The notes under the pieces were generated by a model. It saw nothing but the letters and a program-made list of their open reading frames with translations. It was not told the DNA's origin and searched no databases. A program made the translations under genes and the position numbers. This document shows positions 25,030 to 36,917 of a stretch of DNA of 64,000 nucleotides, one piece after another. The DNA comes from Octopus bimaculoides (lineage: Eukaryota): the NCBI RefSeq assembly GCF_001194135.2, contig NC_068983.1, positions 60,680,985 to 60,744,984 on the forward strand, written 5' to 3'. Each line of letters starts with the position of its first letter. Within the stretch, counting starts at the first letter, position 1.

Positions 25030-25405
25030 CTGTAATAAAACAACATCAACACTATTTTAGAAACAATTCACTTATTCAGACTTTTACTATAACAACACAT
25101 GAATAGAATGAAATTATTCTCAAAAACTTTTCACTTTTATTCTGGTCAACTATTGGTTCATTAACCCCACTTCTTATATTTTAAATCTTTCCTTATCTTT
25201 AGTGACCACTACAACAGAGGAGCCAAATCCACCAGAGACTTGTCTTTAAATGTTGTATGCCATTTTTCTTTTGTTCTCTTGATATCAACAAAAACATTTA
25301 ACCCAGCCATATCTGGCTTCTCCCACCTAACTTGCAATGTCAGTGAACTTTGCTTGGAAAAAGGGACATTAAAGCAATGATGAAGATGAGCCAAAGCAAA
25401 CTTAC

Positions 25406-25505
25406 CTTTCCTGTAGTACAATTAACCAGGCCTTTTGCAGAAATACCCTTAATCAACAGATGGTTACCTTTCACTTGTAAACTATCGTAACTAATATCCA
25501 GTCCA
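25406..25505 (-). CDS. SMCHD1: SMCHD1 exon 22 (GLDISYDSL...IKGISAKGLVNCTTGK)
   Basis: 100 nt, TTTTAG/GTAAGT boundaries. Confidence 0.93.
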
Positions 25506-25741
25506 CTAAAATGAAAACAAACATCAAATTACTGACTGCTTCACATTTATATGTTCAATTTATTTTCTAACGTTAGATATAAAATAAAATTTTTATATTG
25601 AGTAAATAAAATAATTATATTCATTCCTATTCAATATTTGGAAAGACAAACATTTCATATTTTAAAAAAACTGAAATTAATAGAAATATACACTTGATAA
25701 AATTGATAAAAACACACACACAAACGTATTAAAAATATTAC

Positions 25742-25886
25742 CTAGCCTCAAGAGTAGGTTTGCAATCACTGTTTGGTGCTGTTATGTGGTTGAATTCATC
25801 TTGGAATTCAAGAGGAATTTGAAATGGAACCCCAACACGAAAGGGTCCATCCAGTAAAGCAACTGTAAACTTTTTGGGTTCAGCTT
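25742..25886 (-). CDS. SMCHD1: SMCHD1 exon 21 ([24 protein letters not shown])
   Basis: 145 nt, TAACAG/GTAATA boundaries. Confidence 0.95.
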
Positions 25887-26029
25887 CTGTTAAACATTAA
25901 AAGGAATTTTGATCAAATGAATGATGTGCTAATTTGCATAACAATTGTAATCAAATAGCATTTAAATACTCTTTTTTTTTTTTTTTCTGTTTTACTTGTT
26001 GAGACAGGGGGCAGGGATAGAGGCCATGG

Positions 26030-26560
26030 CCCTAGTGAAGTTGATGTGAAATGTTCTGGTCAATACCTACAGAAAAGATATGAACAGGGAGGAAATTCCA
26101 GTGGGGCAAATTTTCAGGGGATGAAGGACTGGGTATAGTGGTTGATGCATGGAAAAGAGGATTGGAGGCACCAAGGGCAGTGGGAGGTGGGGGTACAGGA
26201 CCAGCCAGCTCTGAGAAGCAGAAACTATTATAGTTGAGATAGAAAAGATAAAGCGGGAGGACAGCTTGCTCATGGGATAACGGTTGGAGTGTGTAGGTTA
26301 GTGAGATGGTATCCCAATCCACTGGGTGGCCCTTCTCTGCAATGTGACCCAGGAGGTCAGTGTTAATAGAAGTAGCCTCATCCCAGATGTGAGAGCAGGG
26401 CCTAGCCTTGTAAAGTGTCAGCAGCTGTTAAGAGCTGAAATACCTTCTGGTCCTAAAAAGGTCTATTCTTTGGGATGTAGTCCTAGCTATGTTAGTGGTG
26501 AGCTTTCAACAAGAGAGATCCTCAGTAACGGTGAGAGATCTAGCTGAGTGCTGCTCTTGT
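26030..26560 (-). mobile_element. Degenerate CR1/L2/Jockey-group LINE RT C-terminal fragment
   Basis: LQRRATQWIG and LQPLSHEQAVLPLYLFYLNYNSFCFSELAGPVP patterns. Confidence 0.6.
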
Positions 26561-26644
26561 TTAGAGGGTGGGGGGTTATATGGTGTTTTATTGAAAAATT
26601 AGAATTATTTTAAAAAAAAATATTTATCCAAACTAATTACTTAC

Positions 26645-26764
26645 CAGTGACAAAAAATTTGATACGGTGCGACGGCAGATCTTTTCCAGCAAAAGTTGTT
26701 GCACCACTCTCATTCAAAACAACTTGGAGCTGAAGTGTGTGATGCCCTAAGTTTTTGATGTTTT
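26645..26764 (-). CDS. SMCHD1: SMCHD1 exon 20 ([19 protein letters not shown]...IKFFVT)
   Basis: 120 nt, CTGTAG/GTAAGT boundaries. Confidence 0.95.
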
Positions 26765-27154
26765 CTACAGGAAAGAAATTTTTTATTGAAATAAGTCATT
26801 TATCATAAAATATTGAAATTGGTTTTTGTGAAAGAAAAAAAACAAAAACAAACAAACCTATATTGAATGTGAAGTACAATATCAATTTTGAATGTTATGT
26901 TCTAACAGTTATTTTACACCTATTTTTGTTTCATTAAAAAGTAACAAACTTTCAGTACAAACAACTGTAATGCTTGAAACAATTACAAAAACATATTAGG
27001 AAAACATGTTTTATAATTTAATTGGCTGAGTCAGAAAGAAGCAGCAGGGCTTATAACCATTTCAGGTTTTACAATTTTACTGGAAGTTGAAAAATGTTTG
27101 TACATAACAGAAACCAAACAAAACATGATATTTATGATATAATTGTGAACCTAC

Positions 27155-27232
27155 CCATTTTTCTGAACCAATATGGCCAGTTTTTTCCATGTTGACTAAT
27201 ATGTGATACAATCACTTCATCACCATTGGAAG
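27155..27232 (-). CDS. SMCHD1: SMCHD1 exon 19 ([19 protein letters not shown])
   Basis: 78 nt, CTCTAG/GTAGGT boundaries. Confidence 0.96.
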
Positions 27233-27439
27233 CTAGAGAAAGAGAAGAGTTAATAAAATCACTTAAAATATGAATTTTGAAAAAAAAATAATCAAAAGAG
27301 GATGTTAAAAAGGCAAAAAAAAAGTGCTATTTATAAGAATATTTTTTTATTGCATCTTTAGAGGAAAGAAAAAATAATATTAACAATTACTAAAAAAGAA
27401 AAAAAATTAAAACAAAAGTTTGGTTTTCAGTTTCTTAAT

Positions 27440-27667
27440 TAATCCCATAGCATTTAAACCGGTCATATCGATCCCAAATATTCTATCTTGCTTTATGTTG
27501 AGATGGGCCAGATCTGGTTTCTCACTCATACCTTACAATATCATTCTAAAAGTAAATAATCAGATCATTGAAATCTCAAAGCTATCCAATGATGCCTGAT
27601 TAATTTGACACAATGTGAATAAATAAAGATTACATTTGACAGAGTAATCTGAATGCTCAAGGGTTAA
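27440..27667. mobile_element. TTAA/CCCTTTAGCATT MITE family (partial copies near 9001, 17225-17404, 23881)
   Basis: The 3' end gaatgctcaagggttaa is complementary to the family end ttaaccctttagcattc seen at 9001 and 23881. Confidence 0.65.
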
Positions 27668-27772
27668 AGGCTTATTGATAATGTATTGGGTATTTGAAAT
27701 ATCTACAAGTCAGAAACAGGAGGGAAAACGTTAAGAGTTTGCTATTAATTTAAACCAAAGTTAAAAACTTAC

Positions 27773-27883
27773 AATGCCAGATAATCTTGAGTTCCACTAA
27801 CAATTTCTTGTGTGCTGGGGCAGTTCCAGGTAACTGCTTGATGGTTTCACCTTTTTTGTTTATAATTTCTACCTTAATATCAC
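27773..27883 (-). CDS. SMCHD1: SMCHD1 exon 18 (VEIINKKGETIKQLPGT...KKLLVELKIIWH)
   Basis: 111 nt, TTTCAG/GTAAGT boundaries. Confidence 0.95.
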
Positions 27884-28542
27884 CTGAAATGACAGGAAAA
27901 AAAATGTTTGAGCAATTTTCAAATCTATCAATAAACATTAACAGTTTATGGGGAAAAAAAAAAAAAAAAAAAATGAAAGAATACAAATATGATTTCAAGG
28001 ATGACAATATCTAACACCCTTCAATAGTTTCTCATTTTAATTTTTGGGCTGTCAAAAAAGGAAGAAAAGATTGGCAAACTAAATATGAGAATAATAAAAT
28101 ATTGCGATAAGTTTGTGATGGTTCATTTGAGTCAGCAAAAGGCAGATACATGGATTTACTTCTTGGATCAGTAAGATATCAATGCAAAACAGATTTGAAG
28201 AACATGATAATCCTCTGATCTTGTTCCTCTCTTGAAAATGTAATAAACTACCATTAAATCTATAGTTTGAACTACCACGTATACTCAAGTGATATTTGAT
28301 CCCAGTTAAAAGATGACCACTAATCTGTGGCCAAAATTCAACCTTAAATAATGGTTTGAAAAACTCAACTTATGCCAGGGTATATACAGGTGTATAGTTT
28401 CTATAAAGTTTCTGAAAAGTGGTTGATATACTGAAATAGAGACAGATTATTTTCAACTTTGTCTTATTCCAACAGCTGTTTATAGTCTCACATCAACTCA
28501 TGTGTGAATCAACAAGATAGAAAGAAACACAAAAATTAGTAC

Positions 28543-28625
28543 CAATGGTTTTCCCTGCAGGTCTGCGTTCACCTTCTACAACTTCATTGTCATCAGGCCA
28601 AGAAACAACTAATTGATCAGGTAAC
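28543..28625 (-). CDS. SMCHD1: SMCHD1 exon 17 (LPDQLVVSWPDDNEVVEGERRPAGKTIG)
   Basis: 83 nt, CTTCAG/GTACTA boundaries. Confidence 0.93.
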
Positions 28626-29213
28626 CTGAAGGTAATATGACGAAAAGAAAAAAGGTTTGCAATAGAATTCAAAAAACAACTGGAAATAAAACAACAACAT
28701 ACAGTTAAATCCACCCAACTTCTTTGGAATTTGATCTCAAAACAATAATGTTCCAAATCAAGTATGAATCACTCAAATTATTTCTATAAAATAAAGCAAC
28801 CAGTTGTCAATTTGACTTCTTTAAAATATTCATATTTATATTTTCAGAAAGTGTCTTTGAATTGTTAACCCTCTTATGGCCATATTTTAACAAAATATAA
28901 TAAATATTTATACAAAAAACTCGACTCCATTGGTCACGAATGACCATAGGTGCACCTAAGAGGTTCCCTTCCAGGATACAAATCTGGGTGACTGAAGAGG
29001 AGATAACTACTCCGAAATGCTTGCATCTCACAGTCTGGGTAGGTAGAGCTGCAAGCTGATCTAGGTGTATACACACCATTTGTCAACAAATGGGATATAT
29101 TTTCCATGACAAGACGCAGTGAGTAGCTTGTTCACTGGTTCGAACATGCCTCAAGCATATTCAGACTGATTACAGTAATTACAATAATTAATAATAAATA
29201 GAAGCATTCTTAC

Positions 29214-29320
29214 TTGGCTTCTTCTTCTTCAATTGCTTTTTTAACTTGATGAGGTGTGGCCAAACGATCTAATTTAAACAGAGGTTGGACTTTTACTTCA
29301 TTATACAAGCAACGTGGTTC
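29214..29320 (-). CDS. SMCHD1: SMCHD1 exon 16 (EPRCLYNEVKVQPLFKLDR)
   Basis: 107 nt, CCCCAG/GTAAGA boundaries. Confidence 0.94.
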
Positions 29321-29531
29321 CTGGGGAAAAAAAAAACAAAACAAAGAGAATATAAATTTATCAAAATGTAATTAGAAAAAGAAAAATCACAAAATATTTT
29401 TCTTTCCTTATGCATAAAAAAATTCATGAAGATTCAAAAAAATGTTCTGATGCTGAGCTTTGTAAACAAGTTAATTATACCTGTATAAAGAAATGTTATG
29501 AAGCTGAGCCTTGTAAACAAGTTAATTATAC

Positions 29532-29645
29532 CTGTATGAGTTGAATGTCGCCACCAGTTGCATACACTTCTCCCTCATGGTCTCCATACAATAAAAAGCA
29601 TTTAATGGTACCAAGAATTGTAGGAACAGTGCGACTGATTCTAAC
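29532..29645 (-). CDS. SMCHD1: SMCHD1 exon 15 (FLLYGDHEGEVYATGGDIQLIQ)
   Basis: 114 nt, TTTTAG/GTATAA boundaries. Confidence 0.95.
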
Positions 29646-29789
29646 CTAAAAATTAAAAAAAAAAAGAAAACATTTCTCAGAAATATTTATTAAAAAGAAA
29701 TAATTTAACCAAATTCTCATATTTTACACAAAACCTTTTTCAGAGAAAATGATTTTTTTTTATTGGAGATTTTAATTAGTCAAATATTG

Positions 29790-30200
29790 ATTGGAAAACC
29801 TTTCACTGTCTGCAAAGTACAAAACATTTCCTTGACTTAATGCTGGATTCAAACTGGTCCCAAGTACATCCACTCTTACAGTTTTGCATCTCTAGTTGAG
29901 AAACTCCATCTTATTCAGAGTATTGATCCACTGGAAGCTGTCAAGAGACATACAACCAGAAGAATACTCACCATCAATTACCTGCCATATCTTGAGCATC
30001 CTGCTTCATGAGGCATCAACAAGCGAAAGGTTCAATGTCTAGCAGGTGATTTGGCAAAAGTCCACAAGATTACCCACCATCTTTCCAACATTTTGGATTC
30101 AATATTTCCAGTGCCTGTTACGCAGGGAGATGGCAGAAGTGTTACTGTACTGGACAAAGTGCTTAGCAGCATTTCCTCCAATTTTACATTCTGAGTTCAA
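29790..30200 (+). mobile_element. Degenerate CR1-like LINE fragment
   Basis: An IDPLEAVKRHTT-like segment homologous to 43170-43260 in the opposite orientation. Confidence 0.5.
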
Positions 30201-30611
30201 ACACTGCCAGTGATGAGTTTGCCTTTTATCTCTTTGGGGTTGACAAGTACCAGTTAACTGCCTCCAAAATTGCTGGCCTTGTGCCCAAATTTGAATCCAA
30301 GATCTCTAATACTTGTGGACAGGGTTATACAATCCAAAAAACTGCAGCATCTATGGATTTACTTTTTTAAATTTCTTTTTCTATTTCAATTATAACAAAC
30401 AGAATAAGCTGAGGTCTGCTTAGAACAAGGCAATATTATTTACTCTGAATTTTATAGAAGCTGCAAATTTCACAATGGATACTGAAAATTTAAAATTTTC
30501 AAATTTAACTTCATCTTTTGTATGTTTGCCTAGATAGCAGATTGACCATTTGAGAAGCCCAAACAACATATAAAAAAAAAAAGAAAAGAATAAAACTTAA
30601 TGAAAACTTAC

Positions 30612-30806
30612 CAAGTTGCCCTTTTTAAATATTTTCCCATCCCATTCAACTTGTTCATAAACAGACCAAGGAGTTTGTCTATGTTTGGGGAGATCAGGCC
30701 GGAGAGCATGACCTTTAAATTCTGAAAAGTGAATTTGTTTGTCAAATTTTTCATGACATTCTTTAAGCCAATTAACAAATTCCTTGTCAATACCAGTTCG
30801 CTTTTC
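30612..30806 (-). CDS. SMCHD1: SMCHD1 exon 14 ([20 protein letters not shown]...[12 protein letters not shown])
   Basis: 195 nt, TTTCAG/GTAAGT boundaries. Confidence 0.96.
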
Positions 30807-30959
30807 CTGAAATAAGAAAAAAAAAAAATTAAAACAAATTTTTAATATTGCTAGAATATTTTTGGATAAATATAAGTTTTCTATTTTGTGTTTTTATTTT
30901 GTAGTGTTCCTGGTGATTGTAATTAAATAACCTAAAATTAACTGAACTAAACGTTTTTT

Positions 30960-31650
30960 CACATTGATGGCTTCTCTAAATAACTAACACATTTAACAGA
31001 CATTCATAATACTGATTAATCTGATTAAGAAAAAGAATGCTGCTGCTATTGGTAGGAGGAGTAGGCAACACATATTTTGACAGGTCATTCTCATGAAAGT
31101 TAAACTGAAATAGGTTTTCAAAATTTTTTAGAATGCCCAGAGAAATTGCTATATACATGTAAGGGTATGTTGAAATAGTTCATTTTCAACTAGCTTTTAT
31201 TGATATTGAGGCAATTTCTTCTAGAGCTACACTATTTGGAAGATATAGAAAATATTTGTCTTGAAAATGTTATGTCCAATTTTGTTTTGTCATGCATGTC
31301 CAGGTAAATGAGAATTGTGACCACAGGCATTGTTGTCCAGCAAACTCATTAGCATTATTTGAACTTTCAAGGTTCAAATATAACTAAACACATTGAGGTT
31401 TTTGATGTTGCTCTGCAGAAATTCAGAGGAATTATCAGTTAAAATTTTCAGGTGGAAACAGTTATTCTGTGCAATGTCCTGTACATCACATATTTTGGAT
31501 CCACTTTAAGAAATTCAACATGCATTCCAGCTAAGAAAAAGTTTTTAGCTTAATATTTGTCTGGGTGGTCACACTTTACTATGGAAAATGAATCAATACA
31601 ATTCTTGAAAATGTTCAAAATTTAAAGCTTAAATATTTCATAATTTGGCT
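30960..31650 (-). mobile_element. Possible hAT transposase C-terminal relic
   Basis: LSKYVLPTPPTNSSS resembles the hAT dimerisation motif LAKxVLSIPxSNA. The match is weak and by eye only. Confidence 0.35.
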
Positions 31651-32022
31651 CTGACTGTCATCATACATCATGTGAAAATGGCCCATCTCCCTAACTGCCA
31701 CCTGCTTTATTTGTTTTTGTCTACCCTCCATGCTACTGATATCAATTCTCAATGACACTCTGCAATGTGTTTGGTTTTAGATAGCTAAGGAATTGTTACC
31801 TTTCTAAAATTTGTCACATTCAATTATTTCGCTAACCATCCTTCTTTTCACACTGCCATTGTCCTATCTGTGACATGCATCACATAAATACATTGTATAT
31901 TGAGCTGCCTCCCATATCAGGTAACTGAGGCTACACATCTCACAATAATCTTTTATCTTTTACTTGATTCAGACACTAGAGTTGAAAACTTCTTGCAAAT
32001 CTAGGTTCTAAAGTAGACTTAC

Positions 32023-32146
32023 ATGGCCATTAATAATTCGACAGAAAACAGTACTTTTTTCCTTGAGCTTCATCTCCAAATCAATGAAAGTCAGTTTGTT
32101 AGTACTGACTTGGAATTTGTCGTTAGTCCACAACACACCAGAAACT
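32023..32146 (-). CDS. SMCHD1: SMCHD1 exon 13 ([24 protein letters not shown])
   Basis: 124 nt, TTCCAG/GTAAGT boundaries. Confidence 0.96.
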
Positions 32147-32404
32147 CTGGAAATAAAGAAAGAAGTTAACAGAGTTCAGTTTTGAGGAAAGATTATGTTT
32201 CAACATCAAACAAGTAGCTCTCACTCTCTCTCTCTCTTATGAGTGAAGTAGAGAAAAAGTAGAGTTGAGAGGTCCCTTTACTCCTGACATGGTCAGGACT
32301 TGGCAATCTCTCTCTCTCTAGTATTAAAAAAAAAATCTGATCTATTAAACACTGTAAAGTAGTTGGTAAGTGAGTGGAGAAAGCAACACAGAATAAAATA
32401 TTAC

Positions 32405-32464
32405 CTGTTATAGCAATCTGCTGGGACAACTTTTGACTTTTTTGGAGCACTACACCAATCGAAT
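32405..32464 (-). CDS. SMCHD1: SMCHD1 exon 12 (FDWCSAPKKSKVVPADCYNR)
   Basis: 60 nt, TTACAG/GTAATA boundaries. Confidence 0.93.
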
Positions 32465-33169
32465 CTGTAAAAAAAAAAAAATCACCAAAACTAACAAAAT
32501 TCCCCTCAAATAAAAGAAGCAAAAGATTTTCCTTGTATTAATTATAAATCTACAAATTAAAAAACACTCACAGCTCAAAAATAACTGAATATAATTATTT
32601 TTAATTAATTGTAAATTAAATTGCTTATATTCTTCGTGTGTAGAGGTATGGCTGTGTGGCCAAAACATTCATTTTACAACTGCATGGCTCTGCATCTGAT
32701 CCCACTGTGCAAAGCATTGGGGCAAGTGTCTTCTATAACTTGTGAGATGCTGAGTGCTTTCTAAATGAAATTTGGTAGACTGAAGTCAGTTATCAATATT
32801 GGGGAAAGAATATTGTCAATAAACTGGTGAGTCAAATGAAAAGACCTTACATGGACACTCTTGCCATCAAAAAATGTTGAAAACCAATGAGGTTATAGGT
32901 TTCTAATATTGTTTACAAAATGCTGGATATAAAATAAAAAACTAAAAACGATAACACAACATTAACATCTTAAGAATTAGTTGCCAGAAGTTGAATTTGC
33001 AGAACAAAACTACATCTCAGCATGAAGAAGAAGACAATGCACCCCATAATATATTTAATTTTACAATATCAGCCACTGTCTCAGGGAGGAAAAAATATGA
33101 GATATATAAAATCAAATATGAAGGTAAGTATATTTAATAAGGTCTGATGTGGATTAAACAACACATTTG

Positions 33170-33502
33170 ATCGTTACCAGCGTCACCTTACTGGCACTTG
33201 AAAAAAACATTCGAGCGAGGTCGTTGCCAGTGCCGCTGGACTGGCTCCTGTGCAGGTGGCACGTAAAAAACACCATTTTGAGCGTGGCCGTTGCCAGTAC
33301 CGCCTGACTGGCCCTCATGCTGGTGACACGTAAAAAGCACCCACTACACTCTCGGAGTGGTTGTCGTTAGGAAGGGCATCCAGCTGTAGAAACTCTGCCA
33401 GATCAGATTGGAGCCTGGTGCAGCCTTCTGGTTCGCCAGTCCTCAGTCAAATCGTCCAACCCATGCTAACATGGAAGGCAGACGTTAAACGAAGATGATG
33501 AT
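33170..33502 (+). mobile_element. RTE LINE 3'-tail repeat (representative of >20 copies)
   Basis: Shared core gcatccagctgtagaaactctgccagatcagattggagcctggtgcagcc...ccaacccatgc...gacgttaaacgatgatgat. Other approximate copies on plus: 1700-1890, 9780-10022, 20640-20878, 21480-21755, 53700-54270. On minus: 9110-9320, 16875-17090, 17795-18100, 24360-24530, 34695-35280, 37670-37925, 41865-42070, 46935-47370, 57980-58380. Confidence 0.85.
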
Positions 33503-33697
33503 TTCTTGAATAGGAGTAGGTAACATGTTTTGGGTTTAGGTGGTTGTAAGTGAAACTAACTTACAGGCTTTAAAATGTTATGATAACTTGCACAAAAAAG
33601 ATGAAGCATGAAAGGCTTGATGGAAGACATATTTCTATAGTTCTTATTGAATTCATATTTCCATGGAAAATAGTTAAATTGAAACAAAAACACTTAC

Positions 33698-33815
33698 TCT
33701 TCAATAAGTGTATAAGGAATTAATCTACCATTCCAGTAGCATTCAAATACAGGGCGTCTTCCACGTGCTGGCCGGTCATTGATAGCATAATCATGGTCGT
33801 CTTCGGGTTCTGAAT
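33698..33815 (-). CDS. SMCHD1: SMCHD1 exon 11 (ARGRRPVFECYWNGRLIPYT)
   Basis: 118 nt, TTGTAG/GTAAGT boundaries. Confidence 0.96.
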
Positions 33816-34019
33816 CTACAAGGGGAAGAGAGAGAGAGAGAGAGACATAAAAAAGAATAAATTATATGTGAAGAAAGATAAAAATTAGGGATGATGATAG
33901 GGGCAATTGTGGAAATGGGGCCAATGATAAATTGGTAAAGGAATTAGAGACTATTTAAACCAACAAAAGCATAAAGAGAGTCAAGTCATTTAGAAGTGAT
34001 TAGTAGCTAAATTTGTGAA

Positions 34020-34280
34020 GGTGTGTGGCCTAGTGGTTAGACTGTTGCACTCATGATTGCTAGAGTATGAGTTCAATTCCCAGACTGGGCAACATGTTCT
34101 TGAGCAAAACACTTCAATTCACGTTGCTCCGGTCCCCTTTTCAATCAGGGGAGAATGTCGGTCTGCTTGCCTAGCCAGCAAGGTGATGTCATCATTCAAA
34201 GGCTAAAACGATGCAAAGCGCATTGTGACTAGTGGTGTGTAACAACATGATAGTCTTGTCAGTCATGTGATCATACCATA
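34020..34280 (+). mobile_element. tRNA-derived SINE family D (copies about 2220-2520 -, 52990-53100 +)
   Basis: A box TGGCCTAGTGG, B box GAGTTCAATTCC, followed by ttgagcaaaacacttc. Confidence 0.7.
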
Positions 34281-34392
34281 AGCTAAATGAACAAGAAATG
34301 ACTGAAAGAAACATTTGCTTGTGTGTGCAAAATACTAAATCAATATATTTAGTAGAAATGGAGTGTAAGAGGAAGTAAAGTTGACTGCTTAC

Positions 34393-34603
34393 ATCTGGGA
34401 TCAATAAAGTCTGTGGGGAATGTTTCATGGTCATATAAAAATGGATGATATCTGAGGACTCCTTCAACCACTCCGGCACCCTCTACTTTAGCTTTGAAAT
34501 CAAATACTGAAGCTCCTGTCTTGACAAACTGACTCTGAAGGTCATCGTTAATATCGCGAAGGTTCAAGTTTTTCATCAGCACCAACCCCTTGAATAATTT
34601 GAT
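34393..34603 (-). CDS. SMCHD1: SMCHD1 exon 10 (IKLFKG...GVVEGVLRYHPFLYDHETFP)
   Basis: 211 nt, TTGCAG/GTAAGC boundaries. Lies within ORF 34349..34609. Confidence 0.96.
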
Positions 34604-35842
34604 CTGCAATACAAGAAAATGAAACCTCCAGTATTGTTAATATACATGCTGAAAGACAAAAAAGAATTCCCAAATAATTTTGTACACAAACAACATCATC
34701 ATTGTTTAACGTTTGCTTCTCATGCTGGCATGGGTTGGACGGTTTGACTGAAGTCTGGAGAGCCAGCGGCTGCACCAGGCTCCAATCTGATCTGGTAAGA
34801 TTTCTACAGCTGGATGCCCTTCCTAATGCCAACCACTCCAAGAGTGTAGTGGGTGCTTTTTACTTGCCACTGGCACGGGAGCCAGTCAAGCAGTACTGGC
34901 ATCGATCATGTCTGGATAGTGCTTTTTACATGCCACTGGCATGGGAGGCAGTCAGGGGGCACTGGCATTGGCCATGTTTGGATGATGCATTTTACATGCC
35001 ACCGGAATGGGAGCCAGTCAGGGAGCACTGGCCACAGCTACGATTTTGGTTTTACTAGATTCAACAGGTCTTCTCAAGCATATCATATCGTCTGATGCAC
35101 CAAGGGTACTTTTAAATGGGCCGGACATGCAACACTGGCATCAGCCATGGCTACAATCTCACTTTAGTTGTTGGGTCTTCTCAATCACAGTATATCTGCA
35201 AAGGTCTCGGTCTCCTGTCATCACCTCTGTGAGGCCCAACGTTTGAAGGTCATGCTTCACCACCTCATCCCATCAAATGTGAATTTAACAATTTTGTTAT
35301 AAACCAAAAAATTTCCATAGATTTGCAAAGAAATAATAAGTTCAAACCAAAGCAGCTGTATAGGTTTTTCATTAAATTATACATTCAACTAAAACTAAGT
35401 ACATTAATTTTCAACTTAACAGAAAAATCTTCATTGTTACCAATGTAAACTGGTGACATATCCCCACATAAAAGTGGACGTTGCATTAGAACACAGAATT
35501 CTGCATTAATTACCACAAGAGAACCTCTCATATGGACTTGGGGTGCTTCTAGTTTTAAGCAGGGATAAATGTTACTTTTGGGATTAACACTGCTTTTGTC
35601 ACTATTAATTATATATTAATTAAATATAATTTACACTTTTTTAAATGGTTCCACAATATGGACAGTGAGCAATATAATGAAAACTGTAGAAATCTCATAA
35701 CTTTTCTCTAATGAGAAGCTGTTATCATAGAGATAGACTGTAGGCCTTATCAACAACTGAGGTTATCCATTAAAGAAAGGAAAGGATGTATTCTTTCAAC
35801 TTGATGGGATATTAGAAGTTTGGAGATTATAAGTCAGCTTAC

Positions 35843-35954
35843 TTCAATGTTGATATGTCTGAATGGACTAGCTGGTCGCATTACTCTGTTAGGATCATGG
35901 GCTGGAGGATCTTGGTTGCCATTGGGGCCGTGTAGATAATAATGGTAAATGTGA
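35843..35954 (-). CDS. SMCHD1: SMCHD1 exon 9 (HIYHYYLHGPNGN...FRHINIE)
   Basis: 112 nt, TTTCAG/GTAAGC boundaries. Confidence 0.95.
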
Positions 35955-36917
35955 CTGAAAAGAACAGACAAGATATTCAAATATTTCACAAACCACATCT
36001 TTATTTAGCTGATGATTCATTTTCTATAGTGATGTTTAAACAAAATTTTAATATTTTTACCTTTTGTCAGTTTACTCGGATTTACCTGTAATTAGAGTCA
36101 CTTTGAGACAAAAGTTATGCAATAGAATTGGTTAAGAACCCTTTCTTTAATTATGTTCCAAATATCACATTAATATGTTACAGTTGTTTAATGAAACTAG
36201 TCTAAATTCCTGATTATTTTAGCATTTAATTGAAACTCATGAGGGGTGTATTTTGGTCAGAAATATAGTCTAAATTAGTAAACAATTGATCATGCTGCAA
36301 ATTTTTGAGATTTGCATATAGTCACATATGCAGCCACTTGTTATCTTTTCTTGTGTTAACTTTGTTGACTGATAGATTAATGAGCTTATTTAATAATTCA
36401 AAACTAACATTTATTAACACATATTTACAAAATACTTGGCTTAACCCTTACGATACCAACCTGGCTCTGTAGTACAAATGTCTTATTTTCATAAGTTTTG
36501 AATTAAAAATCTTCCACCAAACCTTAGTCACAATTTATGTTCCTAACACTAGCTGAATGATAACTAAGTTATTTTACTAAATTGTATTTAAAATTAATTG
36601 AAAGAAACACAGAGCATCTCAACAGGAATAGGGGTAATGAAAAGGTTAAATTTCTGTAGAAAGTTCAAATTTGTTAAACAAAAATTATAATGAAATCATA
36701 CAGTAAGTTTATTATTATTTTCATAAATTATCTTTTTAAAGTAAAAACTGAAAAAATACATAAGAATTCATTAAAATCAAAATACATGAGAAAGTTTTAG
36801 CATAAATTTACCAATTACAAAACTCACATAAATGCCTCACAACACTGAATTTAAATTTGTGTTACTGTAGTTTTCATTATATTAAATCACATCTTAAAGA
36901 TCTCCTCTCTATTTAGA

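Noticed and set aside
34548-35246. Recurrent ORFs with WHGLDG / LQLDALPNANHS / WLALGRASSCRN peptides across the window
   Set aside because: These are translations of the repeated LINE 3' UTR, not a protein family.
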